64,000 bases of DNA from Gammaproteobacteria bacterium (GCA_038144195.1 JAYQNH010000001.1:39295-103294), one strand, 5' to 3'; shown: positions 12,149 through 21,723, counted from the stretch's first letter. A program made the numbers and translations. Notes: generated from the letters alone by a model not told the origin.

Positions 12149-12179
12149 AGCCCGATCTCACCTGAGGTCGGGCTTTTTC
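12149..12179 (+). terminator. Rho-independent terminator after tRNA-Glu.
   Basis: agcccgatctcacctgaggtcgggct is followed by ttttt. Confidence 0.7.
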
Positions 12180-12517
12180 TTTGTCTGTCGCACAAAAAAG
12201 TTAACCCCGCCGGAGCGGGTTGTGACTAGAAAGAACAGATGCCGACAAAAGTGATTTCCGGTAGCCGCTGTGATCCTGGTCATTACCTCATTGGTTAAAG
12301 TCGATAAGAGTTAAATGCGCATTCAGCTGCAATTTCTTTACGTTAAATTTCCCAAGTGAAGACCTATCACACGGCGAGTTTCTATCAGGAAGCTCGTGCC
12401 GTTCTGCACTTTGAAATCTAGTCCGGATTCCAACTTTTCCCAATTAAATTTTCTAATTTGTAGGGATAAGAAAAATTACATAGCGATTTCAGTGCGTTTG
12501 AATTCGCCATCGATAGA

Positions 12518-13144
12518 TTAAGCCATTGCTTCCAAGCCAATGCTGATCGCAAAGTAGAAGAAAAATAACGCTACAGCAATAGACAATATTCGTCGCCAAA
12601 CCGATTCAGCGTGTAAGCGATCTTTGAAGAATAAAGTGCTGCCAATCAGGCCTGCGAGATAAGTTTGGCTGATGACCTGAACGATAATGAACATGCTGAT
12701 GTAAGTGGCCCAATGATTGGGGTAGGTGGGATCTATAAATTGCACAAAGAATGAGGCAAAAAAGAGGATCGCCTTTGGGTTAACTAGACTGATCGCAAGC
12801 GCTGAGCGATAGGGGGTTCGAGTAGATCGTGATGGCTCATCACCGAGTTTTTTCTGGCGCAAGCTGAGTAACAGTTGAATGCCTAACCAGGTGAGGTATA
12901 GCGCGCCAATCATTTTGATGGCGTTAAACAGGCTAGGGTAGCCATGCACGAGTGTCGCAGCGCCAGCTATCGCTAAAACCATCAAGATAGCATCACCTGT
13001 AAAGATGCCGGCAGCGCCCTTAAAACCTGCTGCAGCGCCACGGTGAGAGGTGACAAGTGCGACATAGAGAGAGTTTGGGCCGGGTAGTAACACAATGATG
13101 ATTGTGCCAATCACAAAGGTTAAAAGATCAGTGATGCCAAACAT
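12518..13144 (-). CDS. LysE/RhtB-family amino-acid exporter.
   Basis: Intact 208-aa ORF with six hydrophobic segments and the N-terminal LLPGPNSLYV signature. Confidence 0.85.
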   Translation of the reverse strand: MFGITDLLTFVIGTIIIVLLPGPNSLYVALVTSHRGAAAGFKGAAGIFTGDAILMVLAIAGAATLVHGYPSLFNAIKMIGALYLTWLGIQLLLSLRQKKLGDEPSRSTRTPYRSALAISLVNPKAILFFASFFVQFIDPTYPNHWATYISMFIIVQVISQTYLAGLIGSTLFFKDRLHAESVWRRILSIAVALFFFYFAISIGLEAMA

Positions 13145-13211
13145 GCGGTAATAGGTCTCGATGAGCGCTAGCTGTTAGACTCAGTTTACTTGAGAAGCCT
13201 TAGGTGTAGTT

Positions 13212-13424
13212 ATGCATAAAGTTGGTGTTATCGGCGTTTGGATCGGAATCATTTTGACCGTGATTGGTTTGTTTGTTGGCTTTCCGATGATGTTTATGGA
13301 GCACCCGATGGCCTTAGTTGTGCTGATGGTGGTTCCGTTTGGCTTTGTCTTTGGTTTTGGTGGTTTAGTCACTGTTTTGATGACAGCGCCAGATACAAAA
13401 CGGACTAACTCAAATCTGGAGTAG
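13212..13424 (+). CDS. Possible small membrane protein (70 aa, two TM segments).
   Basis: A Shine-Dalgarno-like aggtg lies 5 nt before the ATG and the sequence is strongly hydrophobic. I recognise no homology. The opposite-strand ORF 13181..13372 is K/P/T-rich and looks spurious. Confidence 0.35.
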   Translation: MHKVGVIGVWIGIILTVIGLFVGFPMMFMEHPMALVVLMVVPFGFVFGFGGLVTVLMTAPDTKRTNSNLE

Positions 13425-14539
13425 CGCGAGGGATGTCGCTCTCTTTCTTTTTCTTCTCGACAGGCTTTTCGATCGGCGCTTCTTCAACAGGCGCAGGCGT
13501 CTCTTCAATGACCTCTGGTTTAGGTGGCTCATAGCGAAGCGCGGTGAGTAATACGCCAACTCGTGGATGATCGATGTACTGAAGTTCTTCACTGCGCATG
13601 CGGCGATTCAATTGAATAGGGTGCGCAAGACCTGTCTCGCGATCGCTGAAAACAAGATCTGTCGCAAAGTGTAGGTAGCGACCAAGATTCACGCGTACTA
13701 AACCATAGAGCTGATCATCACCAATGCGATACCAGTTGTCGGTATCACGTGGCGGGGTTGCTTGGCGCCAACGTTGATGAGCATGAACCGTATAGCCATC
13801 GCGAGTTAGCTTTTTTACTGCACCATTAAGAACAAATTCGGAAGGTGGACGACGCTGGGCAAAGTCACCTTCAACATCATCGTTATTCAAACCGCCGTTT
13901 GCATCATCAGGATCTGGCTCGCTGACCACCTCGGGTAATATCTCAGGGTCGCCGGTCTCAAAGTTCTTACCGGGTGGGTAGGAAAACAACACCACCTCGA
14001 AATCGAACCAATCAGACTCTGGCAGACTCGTATCAAGCTCATCCCAGTTTGGTTCAGGGATAAAGAAGGGATCCAACTCTGGCGGCAGCTCGCTATCAGT
14101 CAGGAAAAGCGGCTCGTCGTTCTCAACCGGGGTGATGGTCTCGGTAGGTGTGGCAGTCGGCTCGAGAAATAAGGGTTCTGGATTACTCGCAGGCGTTATT
14201 GCTTGAGTAGGCTCAATGAAAAGCGGCTCAGCAGTCTTGGGTTGAGCTTCTAGGAACAAAGGTTCGGCAGGCTCAGGTGTAACTACTGGTGGATTGGTGG
14301 CTTGAACGGGGCTCAGTCCACGCGTGAATTCAATACGCAAAGGCTCAGGAGAGTTCGAAGGTGCATATTCATTTGGAATGACATTGAGATCGTTAATCTG
14401 GCGCAGGTGTCGAGCGTTGCCAAATGCGTAATTCTGGTGCGCGTTCATTAGTTGTACCGGCATTTACCACAGGCGCTGGCTCTTGCGCATGTGTTGCGCA
14501 AGCCATCAATAATCCAGTGGTGAATAGCAGCTTTCTCAT
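13405..14539 (-). CDS. CsiV/DUF2803-like periplasmic protein with a Pro/Glu-rich repeat region. One frame break follows the signal peptide.
   Basis: The ATG at 14539 gives the signal peptide MRKLLFTTGLLMACATHAQE, and the frame is lost near 14460. The main ORF 13405..14463 ends with GLVRVNLGRYLHFATDLVF...NRRMRSEELQYIDHPRVGVLL, which I recall as the CsiV family signature. It lies 17 nt downstream of mfd. Confidence 0.6.
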
Positions 14540-14556
14540 CAGTCCATTGTGCCTGT

Positions 14557-17500
14557 TCAGGCAGCATCCTCCAATAGGATGTGATTGAGCAGCTCGACAA
14601 CCCGAGCAATACGCTCTTCAGGGGTGCCCATATCGGCATCAAATTTAAATTTCTCAGCACCTTCTAGCTTGTAATGCTGTGGTTGAGTTTGAATCAACTG
14701 AATGATCTTGCCTGGGTCGATCTGTGGGTCTTTATCAAACAGAATGCGTCCATTGCTCGGGCCGGCTTCAATCTTTTTGATGCCTTTATTCACAATGCGC
14801 AGTTTCATCTGGGTGATATCGAATAAGGTTTTTGCCGCCTCTGGTAGTAAACCAAATCGATCAATCATCTCGATCTTCAGCTCTTTGAGCATCTCAGCAT
14901 CTTCAGCTGAGGCAATGCGCTTATACAGCACCAATCGACTGTGAACATCGGGGATGAAGTCATCGGGCAGCAACGCAGGGATATGCAGATCAATCTCAGC
15001 GCCGTGATCCAGTGGTCGATCAAGCTCAGGTTGCTTGCCAGATTTAATCGATTGCACAGCACGCTCAAGCATCTCGGTGTACAAGGTGTAACCAATCTCA
15101 TTGATTTGGCCACTTTGCTCATCACCCAGCAGCTCACCGGCGCCACGAATCTCAAGATCGTGGGTGGCGAGGGTAAATCCGGCGCCAAGTTCTTCGAGTG
15201 ACTCGATGGCTTCTAAACGTTTACGGGCATCAGCAGTTAAGGCTTTGATTGGTGGAGCAATCAGATATGCATAAGCACGGTGATGTGATCGTCCAACGCG
15301 ACCGCGTAGCTGATGAAGCTGCGCAAGACCGAGTTTGTCTGCACGGTTAATGATTATGGTGTTAGCCGATGGCACATCGATACCAGATTCGATAATGGTG
15401 GTTGCGATCAGGATATTGAAGCGTTGGTGATAGAAGTCACGCATGATCCGTTCAAGATCGCGCTCACGCATCTGACCATGCGCGAACTCAACGCGTGCAT
15501 GAGGTAATAGCTCTTGGATGTTATGTGTCATCTTCTCAATGGTGGCGACATCGTTGTGTAACAGATACACCTGACCACCACGTCCAATTTCACGCTGACA
15601 AGCCTCACGAATTTGTGAGTCACTCCACTGAGTAACAAAGGTCTTAATCGGATGACGTGCAGCGGGTGGTGTGGCAATGATCGATAGATCACGAATACCC
15701 GACATGGCCATGTTGAGCGTTCTGGGAATCGGTGTTGCGGTGAGCGTTAAGATATCGACTTCAGCGCGCAGTGCTTTTAGGCGTTCTTTGTGACGTACAC
15801 CAAAGCGATGTTCCTCATCGATGATCACTAAGCCAAGTCTTTAAACTTGAGCTCTTCGCTAAGAATCTTGTGTGTACCAACTACGATATCGACAGTGCCT
15901 TCAGCAAGACCTTGCGAGATGTCTTTCACTTCTTTCGCCGAACGGAAGCGTGAGAGGCCGGCAATCTTGATCGGCCATTCGGCAAAACGATCAATAAAGT
16001 TTTGATGATGTTGCTGTGCAAGCAGTGTGGTGGGTACCAAGACTGCGACTTGTTTACCGGCATTTGCGGCAACAAAGGCTGCGCGCATTGCCACTTCGGT
16101 TTTACCAAAGCCCACATCGCCACAGATCACACGATCCATCGGATTCGGTGATGTCAGATCATTGACCACCGAATAAATGGCAGCTGCCTGATCAGTGGTT
16201 TCTTCAAACTCAAACTCACTCGCAAATTGGCGGTATTCATCTTCAGGTGCGGGTAGCGCAACACCTTGGCGGGCTTCGCGTCGCGCATAGATATCTAGAA
16301 GTTCTGCAGCGACATCCCTGACGCGCTCAGCAGCTTTACGCTTGGCTTTTTCCCATTGGTCGCTACCTAATCGATGTAAAGGTGCTTGATCCGGAGATGC
16401 GCCGGTATAACGACTGATGAGATGCAGCGATGAGACCGGTACATACAGTTTGTCGTTCTTGGCATATTCCAAGGTCAGGAACTCTTGCGTCATACCGCCG
16501 ACATCAAGTGTTTGTAGCCCCAAGAAACGACCAACGCCATGCTCTTCATGGACAACCGGTGCACCTATCTGTAATTCGGTCAGGTTACGAACAATCAGAT
16601 CTGCATCGGTTTTCTTTTTCGCGCGACGATTCTGCTTAACGCGCTCACCGAGCAGTAAAGCCTCGGGAATAACCGCGATATCGGGATCAGTTAACCACAG
16701 TCCATTTTCAATCGGTGCGGTTGTAATGCAGGGTGATTGATCGCTGTCTAGAAAATCTTGCCAGCTTGGTAATGTTTTCGGACGAATGCCAAAACCACCT
16801 AATGTATCGATGAGTGATTCACGACGACCCGCGCTTTCTGCAAGGAACAACACGCGTGATGAATTATTTAAGAAGCTTTTAATGTGTCCAGCAGGATCGG
16901 TTGCTTTGGCTTGAATGCCTAACGGAGGCAATTTGCGTACTTCAAGGTTACTGCCATCTTCGCGTTGAAAGTGGGCAAAAGCGATTCGAGGGTGCCGCTC
17001 TAATTGGCTAAGCATCTCTTCGCTATCAAGGAACAACGTGGTGGGTGGCAACAAAGGGCGTTCAATGTCATGACGACGCTGCTCATAACGCTCAGCAATG
17101 CTGTTGGCGTGAGCTAGGCTTTCTTGTGGCAGCTCATTGTCATGCACCCAGATGGCATTGTTGGGGATGTAATCAAACAAGGTTGCCATGCCATCAAAGA
17201 ACAGTGGTGAGTAATACTCGATACCGCCCGGCATTTGGCCCTCGCTGACATCGCGATATATCAGTGAGCGTTGTGGATCACCTTCAAAGGTCTCGCGATA
17301 AGCGGTACGAAATTTTGTTATCGCTTGTTCGTCGACCGGAAATTCATGTGCCGGCAGCATCTCGAAATGCTCGATCTTCTCTTCAGTACGTTGAGTTTCT
17401 GGATCAAAGGTGCGAATCGAATCGATTTCATCATCGAACAGATCAATCCGAAGCGGAGTATCAGCGCCCATAGGAAAGAGATCTATCAGAGAGCCACGTA

Positions 17501-18018
17501 CCGCAAATTCGCCGTGCTCCATCACTTGCGAGACCGCTTGATAGCCCGCTTGTTCGAGCTGACGACGAAAGGTATCAAAATTCAGTTGATTGCCAACTCT
17601 TAGCTCAAAACAGTTTGCGTCTAACCAGTCTTTTGGCAATAAGCGTTGCATCAGGGTCGAGATCGGCACAATCAAAATGCCGTGACTCAGTTTATTGATC
17701 TGACGTAGTGTTTATAGACGCTGAGAAACGAGCTCAGGTAAGGGCGAGAAGGTGTCATACGCCAGTGTTTCCCAATCTGGCAGGCTGATGATTGGTAGAT
17801 CAGTGCCGTGACTGAAAAAGGCGATCTCTTCGCTCAGATGGTTTGCCATCTGGATATCGGCCGCGACCACAATCAGCGGTTTCTCGAGCTTTTGAGCAGC
17901 ATTGCTCAGCGCAAGGCTTGAGACTTGCGCCATGTGCACCACTCCAGAGTACGGTCTGGCTAGCGTTTTGAGGAAGATCGGGAGAAAAGGGTGACGGCAC
18001 TGCAAATAGGGTCAACAA
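14557..18018 (-). CDS. mfd: Transcription-repair coupling factor. Two frame breaks plus one in-frame TAA.
   Basis: ORFs 14557..15828, 15828..17675 and 17712..18005 (with 17800..18018) are colinear with Mfd. Motifs include DEEHRFGV, TATPIPRTL and FPDWETL-like PDWETLAYDTFSP. The breaks are KDL(G)LVIIDEE at about 15833 (ccc read as cc), an in-frame TAA at 17712-17714, and a shift near 17935. The start codon is uncertain. Confidence 0.9.
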
Positions 18019-18082
18019 GTAAAAGCGTATTTTCGCATAGCCTGACCTAGAGGGTGTGCTTTAGGTCCTGAAAAACAGGCAT

Positions 18083-18109
18083 AAAAAAAGCGGTCGCTTA
18101 GCGACCGCT
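18083..18109 (-). terminator. Rho-independent terminator after the rhodanese gene.
   Basis: The palindrome agcggtcgc tta gcgaccgct is preceded on the plus strand by A7, which is a T-run on the minus strand. Confidence 0.65.
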
Positions 18110-18170
18110 CGAATTAAGTACGTGAGTACTTAGACTTGACCTGAGTTTTTATAACTCAGTGAGTCTGTGA

Positions 18171-18812
18171 TTACTTCGCAGTGTTCAGACCAAGGATTTC
18201 CCAGTTCTGCATACCACCACGGTACCACTTGATTTTGTGAGATGGGTAACCCAACGCCAACAAGTCTTTGATGTTTGTTGGAGACTGGCCACACCACATA
18301 CCGTTACAGTACATAACCAAGGTCTTAGCGTTTGAATAGTTGTACAAGGTACCGTCGTCGTTAACTTTCACGTCGAATTTCTTCAAAGTGCTTGCCAACG
18401 CGTCAGCGTCCATGTTCTTCATTGCGTTCTTGATCAAAGTGAAAGGTAGGTTCTCAGCACCTGGGATTGCGCCGCGGCCAACCCAATCAGGAGTACGTGA
18501 GTCGATAACTTTTATTGAGCTATCGCCTTCTTTCATTGCTTTAACGTAAGCAATCATTTCGTTCTCAGCGATGGTTTCAACACCTGGAGCCAAAGTAGAT
18601 GGCTGGATGCAGAAAGGTGGGCAAGGACGTGAAGTCTTTGCGAACGCTGGGTTGACAGTGTTGTTGTTGTCTTGGTTACGAGAGAAGGTAACGTTACCTG
18701 CTTTCACTTCCAACTCACCAGCAGTAGAGATACCAACTGGCTTTGCGAATGACGCAGTAGTGGTCATTGCGATTGCCGCTACAGCGGTCAAAGCTAACGC
18801 TTTTAATTTCAT
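18171..18812 (-). CDS. Periplasmic rhodanese-domain sulfurtransferase.
   Basis: Intact 213-aa ORF with the signal peptide MKLKALALTAVAAIAMTTTASFA and the rhodanese active-site loop YCNGMWCGQS. An additional Cys pair occurs in RPCPPFCIQP. A strong RBS (aggagg) precedes the start. Confidence 0.8.
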   Translation of the reverse strand: MKLKALALTAVAAIAMTTTASFAKPVGISTAGELEVKAGNVTFSRNQDNNNTVNPAFAKTSRPCPPFCIQPSTLAPGVETIAENEMIAYVKAMKEGDSSIKVIDSRTPDWVGRGAIPGAENLPFTLIKNAMKNMDADALASTLKKFDVKVNDDGTLYNYSNAKTLVMYCNGMWCGQSPTNIKDLLALGYPSHKIKWYRGGMQNWEILGLNTAK

Positions 18813-18850
18813 CGTGATTTCCTCCTAGGCAGAAATATTTTGATGATTTG

Positions 18851-18880
18851 AAAAAACCATGCGGGTTGCCCCGCAGGTTT
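18851..18880 (-). terminator. Terminator-like hairpin between the small peptide gene and the rhodanese gene.
   Basis: The minus strand reads aaacctgcggggcaacccgcatggtttttt: a GC-rich stem with a bulge followed by T6. Confidence 0.5.
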
Positions 18881-18920
18881 GGTCAAGTCTTGTTATTGTT
18901 ATTATTAAGTCTTTAAAAAA

Positions 18921-19082
18921 TTAATCGCACTCTGGCTCTTCTTCGCCAGCGCCTTTCTTCTTTTTACCATGGCCATCAAAAACCATTTCCTGATCTGCAG
19001 CAGAAATGCCAGCAAGAGCAGTGGTAGATACGGTAGATAGAGCAAAAGCTAAGATCATCATTAAGATAGTTAGGTAACGCAT
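18921..19082 (-). CDS. Unannotated 53-aa secreted peptide (below the 60-aa cutoff of the ORF track).
   Basis: My own translation is MRYLTILMMILAFALSTVSTTALAGISAADQEMVFDGHGKKKKGAGEEEPECD. AGGAGG lies 9 nt upstream of the ATG. It has a clear signal peptide, and the mature part is highly charged with a single Cys two residues from the C-terminus. Confidence 0.55.
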   Translation of the reverse strand: MRYLTILMMILAFALSTVSTTALAGISAADQEMVFDGHGKKKKGAGEEEPECD

Positions 19083-19360
19083 TTTGTATTGCCTCCTAAA
19101 AGCAATGCGGGTTTTGTCTCTTGGAACAAATACCCAAAATGGGAGTAACTCTTTGGTTACGTGACTACATTCCCTCGGACATTTCTTTTATGGAAAACCC
19201 GAATTGAGGCTTACTATATCCAAGACAACTAGAAAATCAACAACCATAAGTCCCTGCTAATAAATGAATTTATATTGCGCTGCAACAGGCATTGCAGAAA
19301 CTTCTCAAGCTCATGTCACTCTTACTCATAACAAAAAAGATAGATTCTTAGGAGAATGTG

Positions 19361-20146
19361 ATGAAAATCCTTTCATCTCTTGTCGCACTCAGCGCTTTAA
19401 CGCTCAGCACTTGGTCATTTGCTGAACGTTCACCGGATATTGAGCGTGAATTGCGTATGAAAGCTGAAATTGTCGATGCCATCATGGACGGAGAGCCGGT
19501 TGAACTAGAAGCGGATAATCACACATTTATGGGTATCTTTACCGAGGCTGAGAAGCCTAAAGGTACTGTCGTAATTGCTCATGGTCGTGGATTTCACCCA
19601 GATTGGCCAACGGTTGTTCAACCTTTACGCGTGGGTTTAGTGGAGCGCGGTTGGAATACGTTGAGCATTCAGATGCCGGTTCTCGAGAAGTCAGCCAAGT
19701 ATTTTGATTATGTCGAGATCTTTGATGCCGCCGGTCCACGCATAGAGGCTGCGATTGCTTATGCCAAAGAGAACGGTGGCGACAATGTGGTGTTGTTTGC
19801 TCACAGCTGTGGATCACATATGGCGCAGCGTTGGATCTTAAATAAAGGTGAAGAGGCTACTAAGCAATTCTCGGCCTATATCGGCATGGGTATGGGTGCA
19901 ACTGACTATAAGCAACCGATGGTTGAGCCATTCCAGTTGAATAAGATGAAGATGCCGATTTTGGATTTGTATGGCGAGGATGATTATCCAGCGGTCGTTC
20001 GTATTGCGCCTGAGCGCGACATGATGATCGCCGAAGCAGCTAACCCTAAATCAAAGCAAATCAGCGTGAAGGGTGCGACGCATTATTTTGTGGATAAAGG
20101 TGATGTGTTGGTTAAAACCGTCGCCGATTGGCTAGATACCTTGTAA
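19361..20146 (+). CDS. Secreted alpha/beta-fold hydrolase (DUF3530-like).
   Basis: Intact ORF with aggag 6 nt before the ATG at 19361 and the signal peptide MKILSSLVALSALTLSTWSFA. It has the nucleophile-elbow-like AHSCGSH. Confidence 0.7.
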   Translation: MKILSSLVALSALTLSTWSFAERSPDIERELRMKAEIVDAIMDGEPVELEADNHTFMGIFTEAEKPKGTVVIAHGRGFHPDWPTVVQPLRVGLVERGWNTLSIQMPVLEKSAKYFDYVEIFDAAGPRIEAAIAYAKENGGDNVVLFAHSCGSHMAQRWILNKGEEATKQFSAYIGMGMGATDYKQPMVEPFQLNKMKMPILDLYGEDDYPAVVRIAPERDMMIAEAANPKSKQISVKGATHYFVDKGDVLVKTVADWLDTL

Positions 20147-21589
20147 TTAACGTTTAGCGGTCGGGTCGACCCAGACCTGACCGTCTTCCACTTTCACTTT
20201 ATAAGAACAGATTGGCTCATCTGCGGGTTCGTCATCAGGTGCGCCTGTGGCTAAGTCAAAATAGCTGCCATGCAAGGAGCATTTGATTCGATTGCCTTTA
20301 ATGCAGCCTAGCGCCAGTGAGTAGTCTTCATGGGTGCACATTTCGTCCACCACATAAAACTCGCCATTGGCATTCACCAACAATAAGCGACGACCATCGT
20401 GCTCAAACGCTTTCATCTCATTGGCATGCAGTTCGTCTGCGGCGGCGATAGCAATGAAGTTACTCATTAGCGAACACGCTCTGGCGGCTTTGCCAGAATC
20501 CAAGATGCTGCGGAGTTGATCTGCTGCAGCTTTCAATGAATCGGCTTTACCTAGCTGGCTCATGATGATCGCCCCGGTATACACCAGTGAGTCGTAGGTC
20601 GCGCCTTTCTCACCACGCAATGCCGCCATGCCCATCTCAGCAGCGCGTTGCGCACCAATCTTGATGTCGGTCACGGTAATCGCGCCTTCGCCTTTAGCGG
20701 TTTGAGGGACATCCTCAGGGATCGGTACACAGCGTGCTTCTTGGCTAATGCCAATCTCTTGTGGATTGATATCCACGCCCACTTCTTCACCGAGATTTTC
20801 ATAGGCAAAATATTTACCAGCCTGACGCAGTGAAGGAATCACGCCGCCTTCAACGCCACGAATGATGATCGCGTTATCAAAGTTAGCGAGACGCGCTAGA
20901 TCGCAATACACCGGTGGGTAAGGCTTATGCACATAGCCTGTAACAAAGTGAGTTTTGTTTTTGCCGCGAATAGGATTGGCAAGCACTTCAACGGTGGTGA
21001 TGACCTGACGCTTAATGATCTTTTGACGTAGCTCCATCATGTTGTGGAGCTTGTTGTTAAAGCTCGCTTGGTCAACATAGGCCCAACCCAGTGATGGGTC
21101 ACTCAAACGCTTAGCGGCTTCAGCTGAGCTTAAGTTCACATCGACACCGGCAGCTTCGAGTACATGACGGAAAGTGATGCCGTATTTAGGACCCACTTTA
21201 TCAAGACCGTGGCTGACGAGGTGCAGGCCAGCTTCTGCGAGCAGAGGGCCTAAGAAAGGTGATGCAGGAATGGTGCGGTTGTAACCGTCGTATGGGTCAG
21301 CCAGTTCGATAACTTCATCAACATCAGCTGTCACACGATCGGTGGTATCCAAAATCGCTTGTAGGATACCGCGGTTCTCTTCGCGAGACTCTCGTTTCAT
21401 GCGCAAAGCAATTAAAAAGATCGCTGCACGAACTGGATCTACAGCATCTTCGAGTAGTCCCAACATGCCAAGGCGTGCCTCATCAAAGTCGATGTCTTTC
21501 GACAGGTCAGGGCCTGTGGCGATGCGCTGGATGATTGAGATCATGGTCTGATCAAGCTCGTCGCGGTTGAGATCTACTGCTTTGTTCAT
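20147..21589 (-). CDS. Fusion protein: a divergent TrpD-like (glycosyltransferase family 3) domain plus a C-terminal Rieske [2Fe-2S] domain.
   Basis: Intact 480-aa ORF with aaggag before the ATG. The N-terminal ~370 aa align in spacing with anthranilate phosphoribosyltransferase, but DPYDG replaces the GTGGD loop. The C-terminus has CTH-x16-CSLH. Confidence 0.75.
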   Translation of the reverse strand: MNKAVDLNRDELDQTMISIIQRIATGPDLSKDIDFDEARLGMLGLLEDAVDPVRAAIFLIALRMKRESREENRGILQAILDTTDRVTADVDEVIELADPYDGYNRTIPASPFLGPLLAEAGLHLVSHGLDKVGPKYGITFRHVLEAAGVDVNLSSAEAAKRLSDPSLGWAYVDQASFNNKLHNMMELRQKIIKRQVITTVEVLANPIRGKNKTHFVTGYVHKPYPPVYCDLARLANFDNAIIIRGVEGGVIPSLRQAGKYFAYENLGEEVGVDINPQEIGISQEARCVPIPEDVPQTAKGEGAITVTDIKIGAQRAAEMGMAALRGEKGATYDSLVYTGAIIMSQLGKADSLKAAADQLRSILDSGKAARACSLMSNFIAIAAADELHANEMKAFEHDGRRLLLVNANGEFYVVDEMCTHEDYSLALGCIKGNRIKCSLHGSYFDLATGAPDDEPADEPICSYKVKVEDGQVWVDPTAKR

Positions 21590-21654
21590 TCGGTAACTCC
21601 TTGAATTCAGACGCGGTCTGAATGAATAGGGGTGGAGTATAAGGAAACTCTGAT

Positions 21655-21687
21655 GAAAAATAACCGGATAAAACGCCTTTTATCCGG
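21655..21687 (-). terminator. Rho-independent terminator after aguB.
   Basis: A 10-bp stem ccggataaaa / ttttatccgg with a cgcc loop is followed by a T-rich tract on the minus strand. Confidence 0.65.
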
Positions 21688-21723
21688 CAAATCAACGATC
21701 GTTTTGGACGTGATAGCGCTAAA

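Noticed and set aside
13181-13372. 63-aa minus-strand ORF rich in K, P and T.
   Set aside because: It overlaps a more plausible plus-strand membrane-protein ORF that has an RBS. Its composition looks like the antisense of hydrophobic codons.
14448-14660. 70-aa minus-strand ORF spanning the mfd/CsiV-like junction.
   Set aside because: It is an out-of-frame reading across the mfd stop. The real features there are the mfd 3' end and the CsiV-like signal-peptide exon starting at 14539.
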